Source of the DNA: Macrostomum hystrix
Taxonomy: Eukaryota > Animalia > Platyhelminthes
DNA length: 64,000 nucleotides
Assembly: GCA_950097015.1 (NCBI GenBank)
Contig: CATNEN010000030.1
Location: 1,364,001-1,428,000 of the forward strand
Direction of reading: 5' to 3'
Positions 56,501-64,000 of the stretch are shown here, one piece after another. A model generated the notes under the pieces. It saw nothing but the letters and a program-made list of their open reading frames with translations, was not told the DNA's origin and did not search any database. A program made the translations under genes and the position numbers. Each line of letters begins with the position of its first letter. Position 1 is the first letter of the stretch.

Positions 56501-59500
56501 GCAGAGCGGTCAAGGAGTTTGCCTCTCGCACTAAGGTCCCTGAGCTCGATTCCGTGGCGAGGCCACATTCATTTAGTGCGCAGCCGCGGAGAGAAGGCTT
56601 GGGGGCTTGTCGTGCAATTTACGCCATTGAGGGCCAACCTCCAAGGCAGAGTGAGAGTGTACACTGCCTGACAATGAGAAAGTCAGAGCAGATGTACACA
56701 CCTGTGTAAGCGGGTGCCTGCGTACGCTATCTATGTGCGTGTGTGCTCAGGAGTCAGCGGAATGGGCAGAACCGCCTCCTCGCTGGCTGCGGGTCTAGTG
56801 TCACCAAGTAATGCCCTCCTGCAATTATCATTATTGAGAGGGGGAAGAAGTCGGGATGAGAGGGGAAGACAGGGAGATAAAAGAGGCGGGGAGAAAATAA
56901 GTAATCTATTGCAAAAATATTCCTTTTTGGGCCTACCACAATGTAGAAGAAGTCGGACGGAGCCTGTATTTTGTCGGTGAGGTACACGAGATCGTTGGGC
57001 GCGCCGTTCAACGATCTGGCCTGCACGGTCAGCAGGTCGCGCCTATCGTAGGCCTTCAGGGCGACGAATTCGACCACGCCGGGCCGGCTGGAGGCCACAC
57101 CGGGGCTGCGCGAGGTGTCGCGCGAGGCGTGGAGAGCGCCGGTCAGGTTCAGATAGAGGTGCGAGGGTATGCCTGGAATGTTATGATCAATCAAACTGTC
57201 ACTCCATCAATCTGTCACTCCATCAATCTGTCACTCCATCAATCTGTCACTCCATCAATCTGTCACTCCATCAATCTTTCACTCCATCAATCTGTCACTC
57301 CATCAATCTGTCACTCCATCAATCTGTCACTCCATCAATCTGTCACTCCATCAATCTGTCACTCCATCAATCTGTCACTCCATCAATCTGTCACTCCATC
57401 AATCTGTCACTCCATCAATCTGTCACTCCATCAATCTGTCACTCCATCAATCTGTCACTCCATCAATCTGTCACTCTTTCATTAAGGCACTCTTTAATTC
57501 CCTTCGCTACACATTAGTTCTTTGACTGTGTCAGTCTGGGCCAATCAAAGCAGCAGCGGGGTCTCTTGACTCACCCAGATACGGTCGACGCTGGTCAACG
57601 GTCCGTCCAGCGGGGAACTGCGGCTCCAGGGCGACAGAGAAGGCGTGATGAAAGGTGAGTTTGCTGCGGCCGGTAACTCGGATTGAGTGCGGCGCCTTGC
57701 CGTCTCTGTCGGCTGATTGGAGTTTGGGATTTTAGGATAACGGATAACTTTAAAGGATAGCTTAGGATTGGAAATGTGGGATTCGGGATCTTCGACTTTC
57801 TACTCCTCTCTTCTTCCACTATCTTTCTACCCCTCTCTTCTTCCACTGTCTTTCTACCCCTCTCTTCTTCCACTGTCTTTCTACCCCTCTCTTCTTCCAC
57901 TGTCTTTCTACCCCTCTCTTCTTCCACTGTCTTTCTACCCCTCTCTTCTTCCACTGTCTTTCTACCCCTCTCTTCTTCCACTATCTTTCTACCCCTCTCT
58001 TCTTCCACTGTCTTTCTACTCCTCTCTTCTTCCACTGTCTTTCTACCCCTCTCTTCTTCCACTGTCTTTCTACCCCTCTCTTCTTCCACTATGTTTCTAC
58101 TAATCTCTTCTTCCACTATCTTTCTACTCCTCTCTTCTTCCACTGTCTTTCTACTCCTCTCTTCTTCCACTATCTTTCTACTCCTCTCTTCCTCCACTCT
58201 CTTTCTACCCCTCTCTTCTTTCCTTGTCTTTCTTTCTACCCCATTAGATCTCCCATCTGTGTCCATCCTCACCAGTCGGTGGTGACACCTTGAGAGTCCA
58301 GTGGCCGGGCATTGGCTGGTTCTGGCTCTTTATGTCCACATTAGGCAGCGTCACATTGTAGGAGGCTTCAATCGGTGCCCCGGTCGGATCTTGCAGCGAC
58401 TCAATTTTGGCGCCTTCGCCGGATACGGAAATAGTCAGCTGCTTGATGGTGGTGTCCACGGGAATGTCGTAGATATTGTTGTCGTCCGCGCGTTCTTTGT
58501 CAACATTGAGGATGTTCACCTTCTCCAAGGTCACAGCGACTGTGACCAGGTTCATGATCTGCGCGTGTCAAAAAGGAAATTTTATTTTCTATATTCGACA
58601 TTTTAGATTCGGCGAAACAAAACAAATAACGTTTGGGATTTCGAAGCTGAAATTCTGTTGTTAACTTCAAGTTCGGATGCTCCAGTTACAGGCTTAATTC
58701 TCTGCTAAGGAAGGGATTTTATCTTTAGGAATGGGGATATTTTATTACGGCATAGAGATACTGGATTTGCGATTTCGAATTTGGTCGCAATTTCTAATCA
58801 GGAAAGTTAAATTTGTGAGATAATCTGGGTTTCCGATAACGAAGTGGAGACTTCCGATTGGGAAATCGTAATTTGGGAATTATGATTAGGGAATTAGGAT
58901 TCTTTAATTGGAAATTATGATTTGCGATTAGAGAATTAGGATTCCAGATTAGAGAATTAGGATTCCAGATTAGAGAATTAGGATTCCAGATTAGGGAATT
59001 AGGATTCCAGATTAGGGAATTAGGATTCCAGATTAGGGAATTAGGATTCCAGATTAGGGAATTAGGATTCCAGATTAGGGAATTAGGATTCCAGATTAGG
59101 GAATTAGGATTCTTTAATTGGAAATTATGATTTGCGATTAGAGAATTTGGATTTCCAAGTAAGGAATTAGGATTTGCGATTAGGGAATTAGAATTCCAGA
59201 TTAGGGAATTGGGATTTACGATTAGGGAATTAGTATTTACGATTAGAAAAAATGAATTAAATTTTTTTTAAAGATTTTTGCGTTCATATCGGAAATCTGG
59301 AATTACTGTCGTAACATTAGCCAGTTTAAATTGCATTTACCAATGCAAATGTAATACATATATAAACTTTTTTGCAGAAAACTTAAGAGCATTGTAAGGC
59401 CATCTTCTGCTCCACTTAGAACTCGAACCGACCATAAATTTCTCGTAAGAAAGACAAGAGAGAGAGTGTGTGGCAGGAAATCCTCACTGTCAAGAATGGA

Positions 59501-62500
59501 ATTGACGAAGTCTGCCACGAACCGATACATGAACAACTTTTTAGCAAAAAGCCCCTAAATAAGAAGACATTTATGGTTGTCCACGGACTGACAGTTTTAC
59601 ATAGTCTTTGGAAGCTGCTGCTGTGCCACTGTCTGTAAAATCTGGCCCAACTGAGTTTGGCGTGAGAATTTCCTGTTCTGAGACAAGAGCGTTTTCACTA
59701 ATAAGCCTATGAAATTGGACACTCCATGGTTAAGGGGTGCTGCAATGTTTATAACGGTAATTCTAGACTCCCGTCCCAACATAGACAAGTTGCTTCAGGG
59801 TGACTTAGGTCTTTGTTCCCCACCGGGTTTAACTTCAACTCTAGATCTATGCTAATAATTATGACAGTCTCTGTCCCAGTTTCCTGAAAAGCGAAACAAA
59901 GATCTTGGACCTTTATTGTTAGTGCCTTTAGATTTGGGTTAATTGGGAACAGACAAATATGAGGGCTGGCTGGTATGAATAAATTGGATAGAATAGAAAA
60001 TAATTATATAGAAAAAATGCTTTAAAATAGTTCCATCCCTATTAATCCCGTAATCCCAGATCTGGAGTGACTGAAGGATCTGGAGTGACTGAAGGATCTA
60101 GAGTGACTGAAGGATCTGGAGTGACTGAAGGATCTGGAGTGACTGAAGGATCTGGAGTGACTGAAGGATCTGGAGTGACTGAAGGATCTGGAATGACTGA
60201 AGGATCTGGAGTGACTGAAGGATCTGGAGTGACTGAAGGATCTGGAGTGACTGAAGGATCTGGAGTGACTGAAGGATCTGGAGTGACTGAAGGATCTGGA
60301 GTGACTGAAGGATCTGGAGTGACTGAAGGATCTGGAGTGACTGAAGGATCTGGAGTGACTGAAGGATCTGGAGTGACTGAAGGATCTGGAGTGACTGGGG
60401 ATCTGGAGTGACTGAAGAATCTGGAGTGACTGAAGGATCTGGAGTGACTGAAGGATCTGGAGTGACTGGGGATCTGGAGTGACTGAAGGATCTGAAGTGA
60501 CTGAAGGATCTGGAGTGACTGAAGGATCTGAAGTGACTGAAGGATCTGGAGTGACTGAAGGATCTGGAGTGACTGAAGGATCTGGAGTGACTGAAGGATC
60601 TGGAGTGACTGAAGGATCTGGAGTGACTGAAGGATCTGGAGTGACTGAAGGATCTGGAGTGACTGAAGGATCTGGAGTGACTGAAGGATCTGGAGTGACT
60701 GAAGGATCTGGAGTGACTGAAGGATCTGGAGTGACTGAAGGATCTGGAGTGACTGGGGTTCTGGAGTGACTGAAGGATCTGGAGTGACTGAAGGATCTGG
60801 AGTGACTGAAGGATCTGGAGTGACTGAAGGATCTGGAGTGACTGAAGGATCTGAAGTCACTGGGGATCTGAAGTCACTGGGGATCTGAAGTCACTGGGGA
60901 TCTGAAGTTACTGGGGATCTGAAGTCACTGGGGATCTGAAGTCACTGGGGATCTGAAGTCACTGAGGATCTGAAGTCACTGGGGATCTGAAGTCACTGGG
61001 GATCTGAAGTCACTGGGGATCTGAAGTCACTGAGGATCTGAAGTCGCTGGGGATCTGAAGTCACTGGGGATCTGAAGTCACTGGGGATCTGAAGTCATTG
61101 GGGATCTGAAGTCACTGGGGATCTGAAGTCACTGGGGATCTGAAGTCATTGGGGATCTGAAGTCACTGGGGATCTGAAGTCACTGGGGATCTGAAGTCAC
61201 TGGGGATCTGAAGTCACTGGGGATCTGATGTCACTCGGGATCTGAAGTCACTTGGGATCTGAAGTCACTGGGGATCTGATGTCACTGGGGATCTGAAGTC
61301 ACTGGGGATCTGAAGTCATTGGGGATCTGAAGTCACTCGGGATCTGAAGTCACTGGGGATCTGAAGTCATTGGGGATCTGAAGTCACTGGGGATCTGAAG
61401 TCACTGGGGATCTGAAGTCACTGGGGATCTGAAGTCACTGGGGATCTGAAGTCACTGGGGATCTGAAGTCACTGGGGATCTGAAGTCACTGGGGATCTGA
61501 TGTCACTGGGGATCTGAAGTCACTTGGGATCTGAAGTCACTGGGGATCTGATGTCACTGGGGATCTGAAGTCACTGGGGATCTGAAGTCACTTGGGATCT
61601 GAAGTCACTGGGGATCTGATGTCACTGGGGATCTGAAGTCACTGGGGATCTGAAGTCACTGGGGATCTGAAGTCACTGGGGATCTGAAGTCACTGGGGAT
61701 CTGATGTCACTGGGGATCTGAAGTCACTTGGGATCTGAAGTCACTGGGGATCTGATGTCACTGGGGATCTGAAGTCATTGGGGATCTGAAGTCACTGGGG
61801 ATCTGAAGTCACTGGGGATCTGAAGTCACTGGGAATCTGAAGTCACTGAGGATCTGAAGTGACTGGCCAATTTTACGACTGTGTGAACTGAAAAAACGGA
61901 AGAACTCAAATCAAATTGTTTCTTTTGGGCTGCGAATCGAACTCCGGACCACCCGGTTTAGTAGCCTGAAACTCGACGTAAAAAAGTCATAACAATCCCG
62001 CCGCTCACATTGAAGACCTCGTTCTTCTGAATGCGAATCAGAATACCAGAGCTGGCCTGGCTGATCTTCTGGTAGGACTGGTAGCCGGGGCTGCTCTGGT
62101 CTCCGCAGTCACCGGTGAGGACAAACACCACCTGCGGGATGTAGGGGCGAGGGTACTGTCTCAATGAACGCACTAGATACTATGCCTTATTGATTCAATA
62201 AACACCCTCGATAATCTCTATGCTGATTCAATAAACACACTGAATTATCTTTCCTACGTACTCAATACACACCCTGGATAATCTCCAATGAACTGTCCCA
62301 TAAACACCCTGGATAATATACAATAAACTGTCCCATAAACACACTGGATAATATACAATAAACTGTCCCATAAACACACTGGATAATATACAATAAACAG
62401 TCCCATAAACACACTGGATAATATACAATAAACATTCCCATAAACACACTGGATAATATACAATAAACATTCCCATAAACACACTGGATAATATACAATA

Positions 62501-63467
62501 AACTGTCCCATAAACACACTGGATAATATACAATAAACATTCCCATAAACACACTGGATAATATACAATAAACTGTCCCATAAACACACTGGACAATATA
62601 CAATAAACTGTCCCATAAACACACTGGATAATATACAATAAACTGTCCCATAAACACACTGGATAATATACAATAAACTGACCCATAAACACACTGGATA
62701 ATATACAATAAACTGTCCCATAAACACACTGGATAATATACAATAAACTGTCCCATAAACACACTGGATAATATACAATAAACAGTCCCATAAACACACT
62801 GGATAATATACAATAAACTGTCCCATAAACACACTGGATAATATACAATAAACATTCCCATAAACACACTGGATAATATACAATAAACATTCCCATAAAC
62901 ACACTGGATAATATACAATAAACTGTCCCATAAACACACTGGACAATATACAATAAACTGTCCCATAAACACACTGGATAATATACAATAAACTGTCCCA
63001 TAAACACACTGGATAATATACAATAAACTGACCCATAAACACACTGGATAATATACAATAAACATTCCCATAAATCACTGGGCAGCTTTCGAGCGGACTG
63101 TATAAACACTCCATAAACGTGCTCAAGAAAAAGTACACTAGAGAAATTTGAGTCTGTCTAAATAAACGCCATGGTAAACTCAGGTATATTATCTAGCCTG
63201 ACTAAACTGCCCAATAAACACCCCAATAAACACCCACCTGGCTCTCCTTCTTCATTATGAGGTCCAGCACTTCGTTGGTCAGGTGAGGATCTTTGGCGCT
63301 GGCGTCAGTGAACACGTAGATGTAAGAGTGCGGCAAGGCCGCCTCCAGGGCGTATTTGATGCCAAGCACCGTGGCCTCCGGGCAGTCGCCGCCGCCCTGA
63401 ACGAAGATGTCGTCGATCATGTCTTGAAATTCGCGCGGATCTTTCGTCTCCTTGGCCCGGCTGACCA
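23140..63467 (-). CDS. HMCN1: Hemicentin (fibulin-6/him-4 family), about 36 exons, 5' end outside the window
   Basis: vWA motifs [22 protein letters not shown], then about 28 Ig, 6 TSP1, G2F, cbEGF and fibulin C-terminal domains. GT-AG junctions are phase-compatible throughout; only the exon at about 34462-34865 has uncertain boundaries. Confidence 0.95.
23863..24124 (-). CDS. HMCN1: Hemicentin exon (EGF/cbEGF)
   Basis: [14 protein letters not shown]; GT-AG. Confidence 0.88.
24165..24310. repeat. Short intronic tandem repeat, about 22-bp unit (CAGTCTACCTCTCACCCCTGAA)
   Basis: About 5 units. Confidence 0.8.
24363..24485 (-). CDS. HMCN1: Hemicentin exon (cbEGF)
   Basis: [27 protein letters not shown]; phase 1-1; not in the ORF track. 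Confidence 0.9.
24515..25325. repeat. Intronic minisatellite, about 38-bp unit (CTAGGCTAGCAATCCATTCTGTTCAGGCATTCACAGC...)
   Basis: About 21 units. Confidence 0.95.
25363..26039 (-). CDS. HMCN1: Hemicentin exon (G2F C-terminal part plus cbEGFs)
   Basis: [19 protein letters not shown]. Confidence 0.88.
26126..27313 (-). CDS. HMCN1: Hemicentin exon (TSP1 repeats plus G2F start)
   Basis: [41 protein letters not shown]. Confidence 0.9.
27365..27440 (+). mobile_element. CORE-type SINE fragment abutting a family A SINE
   Basis: GTTCGAATC B box and TTCACCTAG...AAATGGGTAACAGCATTAG, similar to 846-1146. Confidence 0.5.
27447..27810 (+). mobile_element. SINE family A
   Basis: Homologous to 15234-15620 over its full length; no clear TSD. 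Confidence 0.9.
27875..28482 (-). CDS. HMCN1: Hemicentin exon (last Ig domains plus TSP1 #1-2)
   Basis: [30 protein letters not shown]. Confidence 0.92.
28764..28951 (-). CDS. HMCN1: Hemicentin exon (Ig)
   Basis: LTLTCLVKG...WIKNG. Confidence 0.88.
29091..29672 (-). CDS. HMCN1: Hemicentin exon (2 Ig)
   Basis: [22 protein letters not shown]. Confidence 0.9.
29724..32686. repeat. Intronic minisatellite, 34-bp unit (TTTGAAGGACCGGAAGTGGAACAAGGATGTAGGA), about 87 units
   Basis: Direct tandem repetition; source of the spurious 300-990 aa ORFs. Confidence 0.97.
32715..33789. mobile_element. Probable solo LTR (1075 bp)
   Basis: TG...CA ends, 4-bp TSD CAAC (32711-32714, 33790-33793), imperfect terminal IR, TATA-like CTATAAATA at 33085. 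Confidence 0.55.
34462..34865 (-). CDS. HMCN1: Hemicentin exon with uncertain 5' boundary, ending RRSVTLEVG, contiguous and in frame with the (SDSGL)n array
   Basis: Phase-1 donors at 34471 or 34462 match the next exon. The acceptor is ambiguous. Confidence 0.45.
34500..34866. repeat. 15-bp tandem repeat (TCAAACCCGAATCAC), about 24 units
   Basis: Direct tandem repetition. Confidence 0.95.
34892..35084 (-). CDS. HMCN1: Hemicentin exon (first half of an Ig)
   Basis: VEPKIR...[21 protein letters not shown]; not in the ORF track. Confidence 0.88.
35171..35302 (-). CDS. HMCN1: Hemicentin exon (second half of an Ig)
   Basis: [14 protein letters not shown]. Confidence 0.88.
35437..35737 (+). mobile_element. 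SINE family A, internally deleted copy
   Basis: Homology to the other copies, with gaps. Confidence 0.85.
35879..36022 (-). CDS. HMCN1: Hemicentin exon (first half of an Ig)
   Basis: IKPRIN...[20 protein letters not shown]. Confidence 0.88.
36113..36226. repeat. 14-bp tandem repeat (CACTCTTGAAGGGT)
   Basis: About 7 units. Confidence 0.85.
36261..36534 (-). CDS. HMCN1: Hemicentin exon (Ig)
   Basis: [11 protein letters not shown]. Confidence 0.9.
36620..37380. repeat. Intronic minisatellite, 27-bp unit containing CAG|GTGGGT or CAG|GTGAGT on the gene strand
   Basis: CCTTCAATGACCCACCTGTCCTCTGAT, about 27 units. Confidence 0.95.
37441..37629 (-). CDS. HMCN1: Hemicentin exon (Ig)
   Basis: [13 protein letters not shown]...[11 protein letters not shown]. 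Confidence 0.9.
37715..38090. repeat. G-rich degenerate intronic repeat (GGGGTGGGGGTTGGCA-like)
   Basis: Dense G4-5 runs. Confidence 0.8.
38222..38498 (-). CDS. HMCN1: Hemicentin exon (Ig)
   Basis: RPVVQWFKD...[11 protein letters not shown]. Confidence 0.88.
38571..38830. repeat. Intronic minisatellite, 24-bp unit (TCAAAGGATCAGTTAGGCGGTTTA)
   Basis: About 11 units. Confidence 0.93.
38845..39383 (-). CDS. HMCN1: Hemicentin exon (Ig)
   Basis: [22 protein letters not shown]. Confidence 0.9.
39405..40020. repeat. Intronic minisatellite, 27-bp unit (AATCAAAGGATCTGGAGATTGGCGGCT)
   Basis: About 22 units. Confidence 0.95.
40047..40775 (-). CDS. HMCN1: Hemicentin exon (Ig x2.5)
   Basis: [22 protein letters not shown]. 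Confidence 0.92.
40804..40926. repeat. SINE family A fragment (40804-40838) followed by a 20-bp tandem repeat x4
   Basis: TTTATTTGGGGCGCAGCCGCGAAGAGAAGGCTTG, then GCTAGAAATCTAGGAAACTA. Confidence 0.75.
40977..41363 (-). CDS. HMCN1: Hemicentin exon (Ig)
   Basis: [22 protein letters not shown]. Confidence 0.9.
41730..42985. repeat. Intronic minisatellite, 29-bp unit (CAGTGCAGTTGCTAGGTGGGATAATTAAT)
   Basis: About 43 units. Confidence 0.95.
43127..43606 (-). CDS. HMCN1: Hemicentin exon (Ig)
   Basis: [11 protein letters not shown]. Confidence 0.9.
43690..44690. mobile_element. Unclassified insertion of about 1 kb, LTR-like
   Basis: CCAAT boxes and TATA-like CTATAAAA near 43932. It separates a degenerate 39-bp unit (43650-43680) from its array. 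TSD not convincing. Confidence 0.35.
44695..45870. repeat. Intronic minisatellite, 39-bp unit (TTAGCGGTATTGATAGTGTGTCCCTGTGTCCCGTGTTCT)
   Basis: About 30 units, with shortened variants. Confidence 0.95.
46004..46278 (-). CDS. HMCN1: Hemicentin exon (Ig)
   Basis: [11 protein letters not shown]. Confidence 0.9.
46390..46985. repeat. Intronic minisatellite, 18-bp unit (CACCCACCCCAATCCTAG)
   Basis: Homogeneous centre, degenerate edges. Confidence 0.92.
47018..47146 (-). CDS. HMCN1: Hemicentin exon (second half of an Ig)
   Basis: [11 protein letters not shown]. Confidence 0.85.
47242..47400 (-). CDS. HMCN1: Hemicentin exon (first half of an Ig)
   Basis: [22 protein letters not shown]. Confidence 0.85.
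47513..47871 (-). CDS. HMCN1: Hemicentin exon (Ig)
   Basis: [11 protein letters not shown]. Confidence 0.88.
47922..48036 (-). mobile_element. CORE-type SINE, deleted copy
   Basis: Reverse complement matches the head and part of the core of 846-1146. Confidence 0.75.
48073..48444 (-). mobile_element. SINE family A
   Basis: 14-bp TSD TGTCGGGATTGATA (48059-48072, 48445-48458); inserted in a short 20-bp tandem repeat. Confidence 0.92.
48674..49205 (-). CDS. HMCN1: Hemicentin exon (Ig)
   Basis: [11 protein letters not shown]. Confidence 0.9.
49235..49820. repeat. Intronic minisatellite, 30-bp unit (CAGTCAGTCCTCTTCACCCACTGCACACCT)
   Basis: About 19 units. Confidence 0.95.
49873..50233 (-). CDS. 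HMCN1: Hemicentin exon (Ig)
   Basis: [22 protein letters not shown]. Confidence 0.9.
50250..50460. repeat. Intronic 28-bp G-rich tandem repeat
   Basis: GAGAGAGTGACTGAGATCTGGGGTGGGT, about 7 units. Confidence 0.85.
50497..50726 (-). CDS. HMCN1: Hemicentin exon (Ig)
   Basis: [19 protein letters not shown]. Confidence 0.88.
50812..51212. repeat. Intronic minisatellite, 22-bp unit (GTAGAGTAGATTCAGAGTCTGG)
   Basis: About 18 units. Confidence 0.95.
51217..51312 (-). CDS. HMCN1: Hemicentin exon (second half of an Ig)
   Basis: [14 protein letters not shown]. Confidence 0.88.
51387..51593 (-). CDS. HMCN1: Hemicentin exon (first half of an Ig)
   Basis: [19 protein letters not shown]. Confidence 0.88.
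51655..51965. repeat. Intronic 37-bp tandem repeat, about 8 units
   Basis: ATAAGATCTATGTGAAATAGTCTATGGGAAAGAAGGC with variants. Confidence 0.85.
52023..52663 (-). CDS. HMCN1: Hemicentin exon (Ig x2.5)
   Basis: [21 protein letters not shown]. Confidence 0.92.
53245..55360. repeat. Intronic minisatellite, 34-bp unit with 14-bp palindrome GTGTCAGCTGACAC
   Basis: About 62 units. Confidence 0.97.
55390..55612 (-). CDS. HMCN1: Hemicentin exon (first half of an Ig)
   Basis: AELKCLVV...VHWYRQ. Confidence 0.85.
55962..56397 (-). CDS. HMCN1: Hemicentin exon (end of the hemicentin motif plus first Ig)
   Basis: [13 protein letters not shown] matches the VTGYD...FQR motif. Confidence 0.85.
56490..56835 (+). 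mobile_element. SINE family A
   Basis: Near-perfect TSD AGAGGGG(G)AAGAAG. Confidence 0.9.
56937..57172 (-). CDS. HMCN1: Hemicentin exon
   Basis: GIPSHLYLN...PSDFFYIV. Confidence 0.82.
57195..57478. repeat. Intronic 16-bp minisatellite (ATCTGTCACTCCATCA)
   Basis: About 17 units. Confidence 0.95.
57575..57712 (-). CDS. HMCN1: Hemicentin exon
   Basis: [18 protein letters not shown]...RPYLG. Confidence 0.85.
57795..58215. repeat. Intronic 27-bp pyrimidine-rich minisatellite
   Basis: CTCTCTTCTTCCACTGTCTTTCTACCC, about 15 units. Confidence 0.95.
58273..58558 (-). CDS. HMCN1: Hemicentin exon
   Basis: EKVNIL...[16 protein letters not shown]...[10 protein letters not shown]. Confidence 0.88.
58880..59230. 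repeat. Intronic 21-bp repeat (GATTAGGGAATTAGGATTCCA)
   Basis: Direct tandem repetition with degenerate flanks. Confidence 0.9.
60058..61862. repeat. Compound intronic minisatellite: an 18-bp unit switching to a related 17-bp unit at about 60853
   Basis: GACTGAAGGATCTGGAGT, then CACTGGGGATCTGAAGT. Confidence 0.97.
62009..62131 (-). CDS. HMCN1: Hemicentin exon (vWA)
   Basis: [24 protein letters not shown]. Confidence 0.93.
62260..63075. repeat. Intronic 35-bp minisatellite (TAAACACACTGGATAATATACAATAAACTGTCCCA)
   Basis: About 23 units. Confidence 0.95.
63238..63467 (-). CDS. HMCN1: Hemicentin exon (vWA)
   Basis: [35 protein letters not shown]. Confidence 0.95.
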
Positions 63468-63654
63468 CTGAATGAGTTGGACGGTGGCGGATGCGCCTGA
63501 TGAAACCAGTCAATCAATCAATCTATCTATCTATCTATCTATCAATTCTTAGAAAGACAAAAAGTACGTCTAGAAAAAGGACCTGCTAGATTGCATACTA
63601 AATAGTGATGATGAGAAAACTACATTTTTAAAAAAGTGATTTAAAGGGATAAAT

Positions 63655-64000
63655 AGAGAATCAGATAGTTATTGAGAGTCAGAGAGGCAGAGAGTCAGAC
63701 AATCAGATATTCAGAGAGTCAGACAGTCAGAGAGTCAGAGAGTCAGAGAGTCTGTTAATCAGACAGTCAGAGAGTCAGGCAGTCAGAGAATCAGACAGTC
63801 AGACAGTCAGAGAGTCAGAGAGTCAGACAGTCAGAGAGTCAGTCAGTCAGAGGGTCAGTCAGTCAGAGAGTCAGACAGTCAGAGAGTCAGTCAGTCAGAG
63901 AGTCAGACAGTCAGAGAATCAGTCAGTCAGAGAGTCAGACAGTCAGAGAGTCAGTCAGTCAGAGGGTCAGTCAGTCAGAGAGTCAGACAGTCAGAGAGTC
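63655..64000. repeat. 8-bp-period repeat (CAGAGAGT/CAGACAGT), runs off the window end
   Basis: Direct tandem repetition. Confidence 0.9.

Noticed and set aside
58880-59230. Interstitial telomere
   Set aside because: TTAGGG occurs once per 21-bp unit, not as a (TTAGGG)n tract.
59305-59868. Solo LTR or MITE bounded by ACTGTCGTAA / TTATGACAGT
   Set aside because: Only a 10-bp imperfect inverted repeat, and no TSD found.
36596-63138. Low-complexity ORFs ([51 protein letters not shown] repeats)
   Set aside because: All lie within intronic tandem arrays and are not needed to complete the phase-consistent hemicentin exon chain.

Overview
Eukaryotic (animal) genomic DNA. GC-rich exons separated by minisatellite-filled introns are consistent with a flatworm such as Macrostomum, but the species is only inferred. 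23140-63467 (minus strand) is a hemicentin gene with about 36 exons and about 4,000 codons in the window: vWA, about 28 Ig, 6 TSP1, G2F, cbEGF repeats and a fibulin C-terminus; its 5' end lies beyond the window. Most of its introns are filled by a private tandem repeat, and some hold SINEs or a probable solo LTR. 5392-6471 is a single-coding-exon GT31 glycosyltransferase. 7395-18850 is a fully resolvable nested transposon stack. A decayed IS630/Tc1-type element with about 260-bp TIRs contains an internally deleted THAP/P element (33-bp TIRs, 8-bp TSD). That P element contains an intact, very young Ty3/Gypsy element (LTRs 197/198 identical, tRNA-Leu PBS, -1 frameshift signal) and a SINE. Two inverted hAT MITEs with swapped TSDs record an inversion that flipped most of the Tc1 left TIR. 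1-4600 holds a minisatellite, two SINE families, a Crypton-like tyrosine-recombinase relic and palindromic repeats. The most notable observations are: an intron whose repeat unit matches both of its own splice junctions (tandem-duplication intron-gain signature); an in-frame (SDSGL)n array where half of an Ig domain should be; and the TSD-supported inversion and nesting. All coordinates and alignments were done by eye; no searches were run.
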